64,000 nt of DNA from Iphione sp. A-MEVVRFRX5 (lineage: Eukaryota): NCBI GenBank assembly GCA_976226885.1, contig OZ320321.1, positions 58,714,001 through 58,778,000 on the forward strand, written 5' to 3'. Below are positions 24,167-38,559 of the stretch, piece after piece; within the stretch, counting starts at the first letter, position 1, and each line of letters starts with the position of its first letter. Made by a program: the position numbers and the translations under genes. The notes under the pieces were generated by a model. It did not search any database and was not told the origin of the DNA. It saw only the letters and a list, made by a program, of their open reading frames with translations.

Positions 24167-26457
24167 TAACGCCGTCGTTTAGTGGAGAGAACATATCTGT
24201 AAAACGAATCTGTGTCCAATGGCATTGGTTCAGCTCGATAAAACAAGGGGAGCATTCATTGAATAACGTCAGCCTTTGTTGCGTGTACTTCTACGGGTTG
24301 TCGAGTGCAGGTGCAGTTTTATGTACTGTCCTCTGTGAACACGCTGCATATGTGCAACGGATTAATATTCATATAAATGTACGTGAAATAAGGCTTGCTG
24401 TTGACAGGGAAGGAAGTGCACATTTGGTGGGGATGGGTGGGTGGGAATCCGAGGTAATCTGTTGTGTTCTCTGTTTTGTGCACCGGAGGGTTTCTTATCA
24501 GAGCCGGGGAAAACTTCTCTTGTTTTAATTGGATTCTATTCGTTATAGCTCTGCCCGTCACCATTAGGCAATTTGTTGCCGCTTGTAGCATCTTTGATGA
24601 TGAATATACGGGGTGGACATTTCCGCGTCTCCGCGCGCTCTCGGGCCGCCTTGGCTGCCTCAAGAGAAGCAAAAAAGCCGCCCCCCCGCCGCGGAGCAGC
24701 CATTATCATTGATATTGTCTTAAGATTTGCTGGAATCCGCCCCGTTGTTCATTAAGTCTAATGAGGAGTTTCAAAGGGTTAAATAAGTGCGGGCGCCGCC
24801 TGATTGCATTTAGAATTCCGTATGGATGCTGCCACTCACCAAACGAAGTTTACTTCCTCCACCAGACTCCCTTTCTTCCCCCTTCCATGCGCTGGGCTGC
24901 CTTATGCCGGGAGGCGTTTTATCGTTAATATTTCATTATTAGATTTGGGGTAAATTCATTGCACGCTCAGGACATGTGATCACGAAATGTTGAAAATAGT
25001 AAATAACGAAAAATAAAATGAAAAACGTGGCGCGCTTTGTCTGCCGAATGGCGCACCCAGTGACTCGGAACTCGATTATTTTCTTCCTTACCCGGCTCAC
25101 ATTAACCCGATCGGCCAGGGCCCTTTTTTTCCGGTCAGTTCCCGAAATGGCAAGAGCACAGCCCGAACAGATTTGTTTCTAGTAAAATTCACCCGAAAGA
25201 AAAATGAAGCGTGTTCATTTTTGTTTATGGCATGTTGACCATTAACAGTCTCCAGCTTGCAAGCCTCAACCGAACCAAGCACTGTACATATACATGTATA
25301 CATATATGTCATAAAGAGGTCAGTTGCCGGGGTCAACTGTCACTCAGACTGCTGCAGAATTCGGACGTAACCAGCGGAGTTCAATGGTCCTTTATACATG
25401 CTGGTGCGATCCCTTTACCGCTTTCCATCCGTGTTTCTCATACACTCTGTCCCGATTTGCATCACCTTCGCATTTGTCCGTGCGTATATTCTGGTCAGGC
25501 CGCCCTCACCCCCACTTTCAACCCCACCTACCCCCTCTTCCAACTGATCATGACTTCACCCAATCGGCATTATATTTCCGATAACCACATTCCATTAAAA
25601 GCGGCGCCAGACAGTGCCAAGAGGGGAGGGATGGCAAAAAAAAAGAGGGGGGGGGCGGAATCGGGCCGGTTGGGTTTTAAAAACAACAACAAAACAACAC
25701 AAACACTTGTTCCGTTGAGCAGGCTCGGCGTGTTGCCCCTGCAGCCTCGCGGCGCCTGGGAGTAGTTTCGCTTGTGATCGTGGCCGCATCAGCTTTATAT
25801 GCTGTGTGATCCCCATAGTGGCCGAGGCGGCGCCAGGCCGTGTCTTAGCCCACTAACCAATCTCCCCCCACCCACCTATCCACCCACCCACCAGCTCACA
25901 TTCAGGAATACGCAGCCACGCCCAGAAGTGGGGCGTTCAGTTCTGTATGATTTGTACGACTTCGGGTGTCTTTTGATACCATTGCATGAGAAAACTGGTA
26001 GGTATTCTGAATGCTCTTCGTACTTGGTGTATAGTATAGGTTACATGATGACGTTGGATTAATTATTGGTAATAATATTCCGAGTACATAGCTACCTTGG
26101 CCGTTATAGCGACGTGAAAGGAGTATATTATCTATACTCACATTTGATGATTGTCAAGTGATTACATGTATTTCCCACCGAGAAGATACTCGTACCGCAG
26201 CCCCCCCCCCTTTTAAAAGCACCATTTCACCCATTGAAAACGTCAGTGGCATGGTACGTGGAGAAGCTCTATGGTGCGAACAAAACCACGAGGACAAAGG
26301 AGACCTGTGTCTCCACCCGCTGTCCCATTTTGACTCTTGCTCATATTTCACTCCCTGTGTTTTTGTATTGAAGGGAGCGCCGGTGCAAGTTGAGGATTGA
26401 AGTGATTTTATAATGTAATACTGACAAGGCATGTCCTTCCCGTGAAATTCATGACAA

Positions 26458-26971
26458 GCAGGTTAGGCAGGTGCTTCTTAGCTGTCTGTTAGTCTACAGC
26501 CAGTTGCTCCCCACTTCCAGGCAGGTTAGGGATGCCTATCCGCTATTTGTTAGTCTACAGCCAGTTTCTCCCCCCCCCCCTTCCCGGCAGGTTGGCGACG
26601 CCTATCCACTGTCTGTTTGTCTACAGCCAGTTTCTCTCCCTTCCAGGCAGGTTAGGGATGCCTATCCACTGTCTGTTAAGTATGCAGCCAGTCTCTCTTC
26701 CTTCCTAGCAGGTTAGGGATGCTTATCCATTGTCTGTTAGTCTACAGCCAGTTTCTCCCCCTTCCCAACAGGTTAGGAACACCTATCTGCTGTCTGTTGA
26801 GTATACAGCCAGTTCCTTCTCCTTCCTAACAGGTTAAGGACACCTATCCTCTGTTTGTCAGTCTACAGGCAGTTTCTCCCTCTTCCTGACAGATCAGGGA
26901 CACCTTTCTGCTGTCTGTTAGTCTACAGCCAGTTTCTCCTCCCTCCTGGGCAGGGTAGGAACACCTATCCA
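26458..26971. repeat. Minisatellite, ~8.5 x 60-66 bp
   Basis: CAGGTTAGG...CCTATCC.CTGTCTGTTAGTCTACAGCCAGTTTCTCC units at ~26459, 26522, 26588, 26648, 26709, 26769, 26830, 26890, 26951. Confidence 0.9.
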
Positions 26972-28299
26972 TTTATGGAGCAGACACCCAGTCCAAGTAC
27001 AGATAATGACAGTTTTGGTCTATAATATCACCTGCACTTATCGGTTATTTCATATTTACTCAGTTGTCAGAGGACGAATCAGCTAAACCATAGAACGTTT
27101 TATGGTTAAAAAACCTCTGTAGACGTCGCTGGGCTCATAAAATCAAGGCTACTGGCCACATGAACACATAGATGTATATGTCACTTCGATAATGATGTAA
27201 CCTTGTTAATATTGCCTATCCATGTATGCAGAGTGAAATAAGTAGGGAAACTTGAGTTGATAGTTCACCAAACTTACTCTAGATGCAAACAGCAGCCATA
27301 TCATTGTCGAAAAAGATACTTGTTGGTCGTTGATCCCCAGTAATTGCATTTAATATATTTCTGTTTTTTTTAGATACCTTTGGCCGGGAAGCGTTGCAGC
27401 TGCCTTTAGGTGAGTTATATGCTCTCTGTATCCTCAGACCCTCAGGATTTGTTTCTTTTCAAAAGTACTTGTATTTTATGAAAGCGTATCATTTGAAAAT
27501 TGTGTCTGCCCGGAAATGATTTACCTTGATATCCCTCTATATAGTTATGACTCTTGCTTTTTTATTTAACTGATCACGTGATGTTTGATAACTGCCCGCG
27601 GTCAAGCAGTGGTTGTCGTAGCCCTTGCGGTAGTCGCCAAGCTCGTCTATAGAGAAAGGAGGAATAACTTGTTGCGAGGTCAGTGCCCCCCTCTCCCCCC
27701 AACTCCCCCCCCCCCTCCCTCGGCAGCATCACCGCGTGAAGAATGTTCTAGATGTTAACCAGGTAGGTCAGTATGCAGGTATCCTCTACTACCTGGAGGA
27801 CAGGAATACCACAGGAGGGGGAGGAGGAGCGGAAGGAGGCGGGTCGGCGAGATGAATACCTGGCGAGATAGGCTACCTTGCTCGCCCTTCTCTCCGCTCG
27901 TATTGTACCGTAGTCTACGACGTGAACTTGGGTCAGTTCGCTCATGGTTCTATCCAAAGCCCCTCCAGTTCCTCAATAGCGCTTCGGTCGTTATGTTTCC
28001 ATACTGTGTATTGTCTGTATACATGTGGACAGTATGGCTAGAGAATGAGTGTGTCAGGGTGTGCATCAGGAGTGGGGGGGGGGGATGTTTGTCAACCTCT
28101 GAATGGGTGCTTAATGAGGCGCAGGTCAGACGCATACATGTACATGTTTAGTTGAAGCGGTACGTGTGTGTTGAAGTTAGTCGCTGTTTTATACAATGTT
28201 TTTGTCCTCTCAAGGAATCACCAGTACATCGGTTTTTTTTCTTCACACACGCCCCAAAATACGAACCATACATGTACTACAGAACAAGTTGTCATCTTG

Positions 28300-28535
28300 A
28301 CAAAAAAAATGGCGTTTCAGTGACAAATGCTTGCAGCGCCGTATGAACACGTTGACTTGGCGCTTGGAGCGAGCGAGCGAGCAGCGTAGAGCGCTCGAAG
28401 CGATATTTCCCCTCCATTAAGTTTGGCTGAGGTACAGGTGCGACTATACGCAAGAGAGCAAGGACCCGGGGACGAGGAGGAGCAGTTGATCATAGCGAGG
28501 GGGGAAGAAGGAGAGGCGTTCCAGGAGGTATGTTT
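28300..28535 (+). promoter_or_regulatory. Candidate promoter / non-coding first exon
   Basis: YY1-like AAAATGGCG at 28306-28314, CpG-rich purine-rich stretch, donor-like GAG|GTATGT at 28527/28528. Confidence 0.3.
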
Positions 28536-29118
28536 AGGAGCTGTATTATCCTCGCTGCGACCTTTCTATATCCATCACCCTTTTCGCTTCATCTAGACTG
28601 TATACACTGTATATGTGTATATGGACTGGCCTTTGCGAGTGGAACACGGGGAGCGTATGATTTTATGATTATAACCATTCCTGTTAACTAGGCCGATCGA
28701 CACCGAATCGCGGGAAGTCTAATTGTCAGTCTGAGGAAAGGAAATTGGGATTTGTCGACACTGTTTGTCTCGATTTTTCCCTCCCACGTCTGTTTTTATG
28801 ACATTGATATATGAGACGTCCATAACTGCCGGCATCTGAGCCCGCTTCCGGCCGTCCACTGTCGCTAATTTCATCTGCTCCGTTTACCAAGGCATATTTG
28901 GAGCAAGGGGTGTCATTTACCTTTCGGTTTGGCAGGCAGCGATGGTAATTGTCTCTACCGTTAGTGAATTTTTCCCCCCATACTGGGAGCACCTACATGT
29001 AATGCACGTCCATTATAAATCGCGAGATACCATTGCGGAAAGGATATGAAGACATTTACCTTCTAGCTTGAAATGATCACTCATATCTACTTCCACAAAT
29101 ATGTGCAGTGTACATGTA

Positions 29119-29299
29119 CAGTCAAAACCTCTATTTCCGACCACCCCTTCGGACCAAGCTCAAGTGGTCATATTGACACATTTGGTCGGAAATTGATAAT
29201 TTAGTAATCATAGAGATCAATACGTTGGTTCCTACTTCAGGTGATCCTAACGACAAGAATAGTCAGAAACCGATATGGTCGAAAACAGGGTTTTCACTG
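29119..29299. mobile_element. Tc1/mariner (pogo-like) MITE
   Basis: TA-CAGTCAAAACCTCT ... AGGGTTTTCACTG-TA: TA duplication with CAGT-type TIRs. Confidence 0.7.
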
Positions 29300-30230
29300 T
29301 ATACAAGTACGTGTGTATCAAGTTTAGGAGAGGTTTATAAGGACATGTGAAGTGGCCCTTGGCAGACAGATCTCTTTTCCAGACAGCTTGGCATTGCGTA
29401 TAGCATTAGTGCGAAGTCCGCTCGATTTTTGTTTAAGAACTGACTCGAGGTACCGTAAAACCTCTGTACCTCTCGACTCGGGGAGATCACAACGGAGGCT
29501 TGGACTATGATAAAGGGTTACAGATACCACTTGTTTATGTGTGTGTGTTTCTTTCTGTCTCTCGTTTTTTTCTGTTTCCTTCTCTGATTTGCAGCTTTAC
29601 TCATTTTTTTCTGCCTCTCTTCCTTTCTGTCCACCTTTCAGGCTCAGTCCTCGGTGTCTTTAGCTTTTGTGTCGGGTTCTTTCTGTCTCTCTTGTCTCTG
29701 TTTCCTTCTCTGATTTGCAACCTGTCTCTTTGTTTCCCTAGCATCTATCTCTTCTATTCAGCCTACCTGTTGCCTCGAATCCTCCGTGTCTGCATGTATC
29801 CCCACTTTTCCCGCGTTTCAGTGGGAAGTTTACGGTAGTAGTCTCCTAATGTTCCGAAATTTCCAATGTTGGGCCTTGACCGTGTTGCATGGCGTCGGTT
29901 TACACGCGTGGTCTGAGAGGCTAGACGTGTTCGGCGAGTTTCGCTCGGACCAGGGAATGGAGAGAATTAGTTTGAACTGTTAGCAGTGTTACTCCTATTG
30001 CAACATCAGAAAGGCTGGCCGTGGGCAATCGAGGAAAAGTAATTGGGCTCTAGTAAAAGTGCTTTTGTGAACACAGTTCATGTCCACGTCCATATATGCG
30101 ATGGAGAATGGTAATCCAGAGTACGTGTACTTAAACTGTAGCTGAGGCTGGCGTTGCTGCACAATACATGTACATGTACGTGTACTTGGAACATTCTGCT
30201 CGCATAAACTCGTCATGGAAAGTAATAAAC

Positions 30231-30330
30231 TCATCATGGTTTTGCTTCAGAAAGTAATTTGTGATCTAACTTCAAAACCATCATCATGGTTTTGCTTCAG
30301 AAAGTAATTTGTGCTCTAGCTTCAAAACCA
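30231..30330. repeat. Direct 50-bp tandem duplication
   Basis: TCATCATGGTTTTGCTTCAGAAAGTAATTTGTG(A/C)TCTA(A/G)CTTCAAAACCA twice, 2 mismatches. Confidence 0.9.
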
Positions 30331-32081
30331 TCCATCAGCCTCCTGTAAAACACTACAGTGTACTTCTTCATCAGCCCCCCCCCCAAAAAAAAAAAAAAAA
30401 AAAAATGTGTGTTTCTGGTAACGACCAGCCAAAACCTAGGTAGGGAGTGGGGAGATTTTTGTTTAATTTTTGTCCCACTTTTTTCCTCTGGTTTTCAATA
30501 ATAAGTAGCTTATCGCGCACCAGGAAATTGTGATCAACTGCAAGTTTCTGCCGTTAATGGCACCATTGTGATCGCAGTGCCACCTACAGGCAAGAATAGG
30601 ACCGCATTCATGGCAGGAGAGACTCCGGTGGTAAAAGGTGGGACAGGGCGCACAGGTCAGAAGCTGGACGCGTGTTTGTTGTGTGTAGCCTCTGTGCAGG
30701 TGTGAGAACGAGCCGATTGACAAATACGTACCCATGCACCTGTATACTAGATAGCTTGATGGACAATTGAAGTAGGAGGATACCACCGGCATAATTTCAC
30801 CTGGCAGTTCATGTATGATGCTTTTCGCTTTATCGTGTCAGATTCAATGTTTTTGCGCTGAGCCCGTACACAAGGCCAGTTTCGGAGCAGCTCACGTAAA
30901 GAGGGGGCCAACTTGAGTGTGGGTCAGTTTGGGTATGGTCCATCGCTACTCGAGCTTTCTTAGAGGTTCCTGGCATGCAGTGCCAGGCAGGCCGTGAGTA
31001 GCTCTGAGCGCTACCCGTCAAAGAACTTTGTAAACTTTGATATATCCTGTTCGAATAGGAGGTCATCCCTGTGAGGGCTTTGTTACTCCCGAACACCCGT
31101 CCGTGACACACAGAGAGATGGGCACCAGAAAACGCTGTGTGTCAGCGCCTGGGGGGGGGGGGATAATATCATCAGTTTGTTTTCGTGTTGTTACATTCCT
31201 GTTCGTGTATGTAGTGCAAGGCATGAATATTTCAGTGCGCCGTTTTACCATATCCTGTCCCGTTTGAATCATCGGCGAGGTAATTTGTGTCCCTTCGACT
31301 CCCCCCCCCCCCCCCAACACCACGCGTGAATAATTGATGGCGTGAAATCTGCTCGGGGCTATACATTTTGGAGTCACCAACGATTCACATATGAAGTGGG
31401 GGAGAGTGTGTCTCGCTGGTCCTCTCATCGTATAGCAGGAGCTACTCAGTGGCCTTCCACAAGGGTTAAATATGCTCCCCCCCCTCCCCACGCTCCGTCT
31501 CCATCTGCCATGCTCTCCGCTATTAGGACTTCGTTGATTTTCACCATTCATCGGAGCGGACCGAAGCCCAGAGGGTAAATTCGAGGCCAGGTTGACATAT
31601 TTGACATCGTCGTTTAAGGCTGGTTGTAGACGAGGGGGGGGGGGGAATCCACCTTTATTATACTGTCGCTACGCTGATTCTCTGTCGCTGTTGTGTGGGA
31701 AGTAACAACAGTGCGTGTAGAAGAAATACCCGGACTTTGCCCAGACTCTCTCCTAGCTAGCTGACATTTGGGGTGAATGTCATTACTGGCAAACGTCGTA
31801 ATCAGTTGACAGTCTGGTGAAAGCGGTGAACAGATCGTGCGTCTGCCCTGTTTATTTTCCTGTCGTATTTCTTTCCATTTCCCCGTCCTTTGCCGCCAGT
31901 ATGCCCTGTTATTTACCCTTCCGTTTAATTTTCTCTCTTCGATTTTGTTATCATTCTCTTTCTGCTCATCGGTTCTCTCTTTTCTCTCCTTACTCATCTC
32001 CATGCTCTTCTCTAGTGAACTACTTGTACATTCCACATCCATCTCTCTCCATCTCGTTGTGATACTGTGATTGTTTCTGCC

Positions 32082-32086
<5 letters not shown>

Positions 32087-32148
<62 letters not shown>
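32087..32148. repeat. (TC)n microsatellite
   Basis: ~31 TC units read directly. Confidence 0.95.
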
Positions 32149-32159
<11 letters not shown>

Positions 32160-32245
32160 CTCATATGTTTTCCTGTGTGTTTCCACTGTGATTCCTGGTG
32201 CCTGCCGTCTTGCCTCTCCCAGCCTACAGCATGCAGCCTCTTATA

Positions 32246-32556
32246 GGCCCTGTTCACATGTATCAGGATGAAAAACCCGTACCCATGTGCGGACCCAGAG
32301 TAACCCCCCTGCAGAGATCGTTAGTTAATTGCTGTCATATAGTCACCAGATGTATTTTATCATGGGCTCCTATGGAATCTGCATATGTATCTGGACCCAA
32401 ACCCATCCTGGACAGTTCTACATCTGTCCCAGTGTGCGGACATGGAAAAATCATGAGACATCTGAAGTACTGTACTGCTTAGAATAGGCTGGAAACATAT
32501 CTGTCCCCATGTGTGGACACGGAACAGAAAAAATCCTGACGCATGTGAAAGACGCC
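32246..32556. mobile_element. PIF/Harbinger-like MITE (family A)
   Basis: GGCCCTGTTCACATGTA ... GCATGTGAAAGACGCC-TTA; interior similar to the 11977 copy and the reverse complement of the 4943 copy. Confidence 0.6.
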
Positions 32557-32995
32557 TTACACTCTATATATGTACACGATACCTTCTCCACCGCCGATCA
32601 TGGCGAACTATTCCCCACTTCACATTCGACACTGTTTGCAGGTCGAGCCGAGTGGAGCCCGGTTTACTGTGCGTGCCTGTGGCATATGGGATGATTGCAG
32701 ATGGTCGCGATTGTTGCTTGACGGCCGAAGCTTCTTTATGGCACCTCTAAAACGTTTGCGTGCAGTGCCTCCGCAAGAAAGACATTTGACGCTGCTGCCA
32801 ATCGTGACAGATGGACATGGGAGAGAAACAGGAGGGAAAGGTCAAGCTAGCGGCTCTCCCAAACCTCTCAGACAGGTATCAGTCCCAGCTCACTCGCCTC
32901 TTATTAGCAGTAAATAAATTGGACATAATGATAGCACTGGACCCACTTCATGTGCCCAATCGCCACGGTGATGTATGGCGTCGGCCGAGAGTAGC

Positions 32996-33141
32996 NNNNN
33001 NNNNNNNNNNNNNNNNNNNNNNNNNNNNNNNNNNNNNNNNNNNNNNNNNNNNNNNNNNNNNNNNNNNNNNNNNNNNNNNNNNNNNNNNNNNNNNNNNNNN
33101 NNNNNNNNNNNNNNNNNNNNNNNNNNNNNNNNNNNNNNNNN
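32996..33141. other. Assembly gap (N run)
   Basis: Run of N. Confidence 1.
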
Positions 33142-35172
33142 TTAGATGTAGTGAATGGGTAGAGTGGCTGATCTGCTCAGGTAGACAGAGCACTGAGCAC
33201 CTCCCGGGCTCGCGCCCACCGAGCTCCGTGTAATCATAGGCGGGACACGCCCTGCTGGACTTGCCGACATCTCCCCCCACCCCCCACCCCCAGTCGGCGC
33301 TGCTGTCGGCCTCGGCCATGATGTATGGCCGTGCAGCCATGGCGGGAGGCCATGATTTGCTTTTAAAGTCACAGAGAGGCAGAGCGGCCCCGCCATTTTT
33401 GACATGTGGTTCCAGTCAGTGCATACTAGGAGGGTCTCCTACTGCGATAATGGCGATCTCCCCCCCCCCCCCCCACCATTCCCCTCACGTAAATCGTATC
33501 CACTCTAGAGCGCTCCGCCGTGGCCAAATCAGTCCCGACTCTACATCGAGTTTCTTTCTGTTTGCGCGGGGATTACAGCTGTTATCCGCTTAACTCGACC
33601 ACCCCGTTCTCTCTCCAGGCATGTTGTACATGCGCATATATATGTGTACATATATAGTCGATAAGTCGCCTGTCGTTCCTGTGTATCTTCCTAAAAAGCG
33701 GATCATATATATGAGAATTTTTTTTTATATATAAATATTTTTCTCTCCATGGGTTTTTGTTTGACAGTTGTAAAGAATTGAATCTCAGCTTCTTGATAAT
33801 AGATGGTAGTATGCCACCCCAGGAGGACACGGAAGAACTCTGTCATATGATAGGGGGACATCTAGTTCCTGGTAAAAGATACAATGAAATGAAATAAGAA
33901 TGAATTCAGTAACTTAGCATCGTCATAGAGTATTTTTGTAAGCAATATCTGTCTGGAAACAGCGGCACAAGGGAAAAATGTAGTAAATCAAATAGGAACT
34001 TGATCGATACTTCTGTCCTGTTTTGTACAACTTTACAGATGGGCCTAGGTTGACCGATTCTGTTGATTTTCATATGGAAAATTCACACTTTACCAACTGG
34101 ACATCTAAATGTTGAGCAATAATCATCCTTAACTCCGAAATACATGTACATGTATATGTTCCACAGTTTCGCTTCCGGCTTTATTTCTATAATGTTCGTG
34201 TTGTGTTACTTATATAGCTCCCTACTATACCTCTTAAAAAACCCAAAGCATGGATCCTGTTACTCTGTTTGTATGGCGCTTCAGAAATAAATAGTGGATG
34301 CCAATTAAAATGAGAATGAAATGTTCGTATGGAGCAGTTATTATTTTTTACCCTTCTATATTGAAATAGGATTTGATTATAGTCCGCTTTAGAACCAGTG
34401 GAATTGGAAGTGATGACTTATGACCAGCAGATTTGAGGTGCTTACTTTGTCCTTTGTTTGACTGTGTGGTATGTACTTGTATGATAGCCACACGCTTTTA
34501 CATAGTATCCAATGTACACTTGGTGCCCCGCGCAGACACTCTTAACTGCATCGGCGCCTGTAAAATAAGTACCCCCCCCTCCCTCCTCAGCGCGCTAGGG
34601 ATGCTTACAAAATAGAGATTTCTTGGCGAGTGAGCTGCCTGAGTGTAGATATGAAGGCCTGCTAACTACAAGTAGTAGGGTTCAAAGTTCGTCCGCCGTC
34701 CGCCAGCCCCCCCCCCCCCGCCATCCCACCCCCACCCCCACCGTCGGACGCTCAGTTCCACCGGATGAAAGTAAACTGATTATACATGTACATACATGGT
34801 TTTAGTGCTTTATATTACGCGTACTGTGCAGCTAACGATAAAATAGATCTTATAACAGAATAATAGAAAGAGAAACATGGAGAATAATACATTTCGTCAC
34901 TGAAGACTTGCAGTTGAACCCCAACAGAACCTACTGAGAGGATATGTACGTGTAATAACTCGGTAGGTTGATGTGTTAGTTATGGCCGGGTGCTGGTTCA
35001 TCGGCCGCCGATCTCACCCTGCAGATAAGAGCGTCACCTTGGTTCTTGGCGTGCAGATTATCAGCACTGATTATGTCACTGTCTTGGAATAAGACTGGGG
35101 GTGTGTTTGTTCCAGCAGTGTCAGAGATAAGACTCTACAACACAAGATAGCTACCGAGGTGTCTTGGCTAAC

Positions 35173-35565
35173 TTTTTCCAGTGAAATTCAAGTTTTTATA
35201 TTTTTTCCAGTGACATTCAACAGTTTGTATACTTTTTTCCAGTGACATTTACCAGTTTTTATACTTTTTCCAGTGACATTCACCAGTTTTCATACTTTTT
35301 CTGACATTTACCAGTTTTCATACTATTTTCCAGTGACATTCACCAGTTTTTATACTTTTTCCAATGACATTCACCAGTTTTTATACCTTTTTCCAATGAC
35401 ATTCACCAGTTTTATATCCATTTCCAGTGACATTTACCAGTTTTCATACTTTTTTCCAGTGACATTTACCAGTTTTTTATACTTTTTCTAGTGACATTTA
35501 CCAGTTTTTATACTTTTTCCAGTGACATTTACCAGTTTTCATACTTTTTTCTAGTAATATTCACC
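35173..35565. repeat. Minisatellite, ~13 x ~31 bp
   Basis: TTTTCCAGTGACATT(T/C)ACCAGTTTT(T/C)ATACT units. Confidence 0.9.
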
Positions 35566-36269
35566 TTCATAACATGCCAAGATCATCTCTGCAGAGGTGG
35601 CCTTCTCATAAGATTTGCAACCAACACGCCATTTTAGGTGACGACTTCAGCCAAGGCCGTACACCCAAAGATAAGGTACGGGAAACGAACACCCGGCCAT
35701 TAGTGTGTTTAACTTACTTTTAGATGCAGCTTAGATTCTGGGAAAGTGTCATGACGCATCTCTACTTTAGCGTTTAAAAGTGAGTTGCTTTGTGGATTAT
35801 ACTCATTGCAGTGTTATTGGCCTGCTCGTTTTCAGAAATAAAAGTTTAAACACCCGTCGGAGTTGGATCAAAACACGCGGTGTAAAATGTAGTACGCCTT
35901 GGTCGTGATTTATAGAGACAGTGGGGCTTTTCCTCTACAGGTTAGAGAATGCATATTTACATACTTTACACAGACTCAAGCGAGACCGTTTTAGAGTCAT
36001 ACATGCAAGAATGCCTGCAAGAATATTCATTAGGAGCTTGAGTCGCCTGTAGATATGAATAAAATGTTGCTGAAATCGTTTTTTCCCCCCACTAGCATTT
36101 GGCAGTGGTGGTAGTAGTTGTTACATCTCTAGTCCACTTGTAGGCCTATATATATATCGACTTGCTTTGTAAGGTGGCCTAGCGGCAGATAGGCCTACTT
36201 GTTCGGTAGTAAGTAGGTGGGTGGGTTGAGTGGGTTGTAGCTGCGTAGGCAGGCAGCGGTCGTTGTTTT

Positions 36270-36500
36270 GGGCGGGAAAGTAGTTGTTTTCGGCGCCTTG
36301 CTTGCTCCTCGGCGGTTCGTACCTGACGAATACTCTCTGCGCGGCGTGCCCGCAGAACGACACGGTCCCGCCCCGAGCACTTCGGCCGCCAAATCGTCCC
36401 CCGTCACGCGACGCTCACACAAGGTGGCGCCAGCGTGCCAGCCGGGCGGTGACGTCACGCCACTGGGCGTTATTAACGCTTTGACGGTGTGCAACTAGCG
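36270..36500. promoter_or_regulatory. CpG-rich patch with palindromic CRE (TGACGTCA, 36450-36457) and GC box
   Basis: High CpG density relative to flanks; CCCGCCCC at ~36367; motifs only. Confidence 0.3.
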
Positions 36501-38559
36501 CCGTGTGTTGAGATGACATCATTTGTATCCCTCTCTTGTAAGGAGCTGGGAGAACGCAGGTCTTGAATGCCCCTTCGACGTGGCTCGCCAATTATGGCGA
36601 ACTGTGTTTTGTAGGAGTAGGAAGGACCAAGACACGAACGGGATCTTTAGAGTATATGTCAGGGTTAGACCGTTGTCTGTACGTGCAAGGTGGTTCTTCC
36701 TTTCTTTACAGGTCTGCATTTCATATGCGGGAGAGATTTGCACATTAGTTGTATAAAATGTCCCCCCCCCAAAAAAAAAGGATTCTTAGGCCATACTTAT
36801 TTGATTCGTCCTACATATTTCGAATGTTTCTTTATTCAGCCTAATGTTAGTGTACGCATGTTTTGACAGATGTGTTTGGGATCTGTGGCTTTTTTTTTTA
36901 AGAGGCAATTGTCTTTGAGAGGGAGTGCTTCCATTCATGTGGCTATGTGTGTTCAACAAACACAGAATAACAGACTTTGGGGACATGTCCCGATTGTTAT
37001 GGAGCACAGACCATGTTTAGCATAGTAGTACATGAAAAAAAGAGTCTGTACGAGGCGCATTTCAGGGCATTTAATTAGTTATTTGCCCTGTTGTGCAGTT
37101 TTTCATGAGGTATTTTCCCCTACCTCCTTGAGGAGTGGGGGACCAGGGAATACTGATGTCCGGCCACCCTACCCTCCATCAGTACCTCATGTTTTTTTAA
37201 CGGCCAAACCATTGTATCAGTTTTTAAAAATGTTTTCTGCTACTAGGGTGCTCGGCACTGGGTTGATATCAAAATAAGAGAGAAATTCCCTAGAATCTAC
37301 ACTCACCCATACACTCACACTATCACACACTTTCACGAAAACAAATAGTTTGACGATAAAAAGGCATGAAGCTATGTCATATTGTAGTGCTTACCAAAGC
37401 AGCACTAAGTATAGTTCAGCTTGATTGACTGGCTGATGTGGGATTATTAATAACCTCGCAGATCCAGTTGTTTATGCTATTGTGCACTTTTCATGAGTTT
37501 GTGCTCTGTTGTGCATTTTTTCCATGAATATCTATGAAATATATTTATAGAAAGTAATAGAAATGTAGTAAAACTGGCAGAAGCAGCTAGGGGACTGACA
37601 TATGTGGAAACATGGTTACATGCACATTTGTCTCTGTTTGCCCCTAACCTGTGAATAAGTGTGTCAATGGCCTGGCATGGAAAACATGCACGTTAGTTGG
37701 AGATTCTGCCTCCGGACAGGACAATTACCAGGAGGTAGTGGTTTATGTGTTTGAATCTGCCGGAATCACTCAACTTAATACATGCAGGTGTATATTCCTT
37801 ATCCGGAGGATTAACTTGGAATCGATACATTTTTGGCAGGGAGCTCTAACAAACATGCATCGTGCCATAGCACTATCTTATCAGACAAATTTCGAGTCGG
37901 CATTGAACTCTGTTCATGTATATTGACGAACATCATCATAACAGATTTATTCCAAGTTTTCGCCAGATCACATACCCACCCCACGGACAAAAGCAAACAT
38001 TGAGATTTTCCTGAACGCATACCCAAGACGAAGTGGATTTTTCAAGGGCTATGGGACAGCTTAACAACGGAGATGTTACTAATAAGGCTTTCCCGAGAAG
38101 CTGAAATCACTCTTTCGGCATGATCGTGCGTGGAGTGCTGCAAGGCCGAAACACTTCATGTTGGGAAATGACACAATGGTCGGAGCGTAGGCGAGGTGTC
38201 GGGTGTCTAACCCTTTATTGCCAAATCTGTCCCCAGGGGCATGGTTGACTTGCAGCACGTGCAGCCACGATAGATAGGTCCACGCACGCAGAATACCGCC
38301 GCGAGAGATGGTAGGAGCCCACACGTCCGACTCAAGTAGAACGCAACACCGAGTACAAGGCCAGCGAAGGGCGTCTTTTTTCCCACCGCGCCGTTGGCGT
38401 AGGGAAGTCACGAAGCGACAGCTTTAATATGAAGTAAGGCGACCTTCCTGTAGTAAACGGACCCATTGTTGAAGGGTTACTTATGGCCAACATGACACGT
38501 CCCAATATCCGAGGGTCGCTCTCCCAGAGAGGCTGGCGGCTATGTGATAGTTGGGGTGG

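Noticed and set aside
29957-30035. Signal-peptide-like stretch FELLAVLLLLQ
   Set aside because: The nearby ATG is in a different frame (MERISLNC stop), and the hydrophobic frame has a stop immediately upstream.
31614-32271. ER/RE- and LS-repeat ORFs
   Set aside because: Artefacts of the (TC)n microsatellite; the same applies to 22356-22642.
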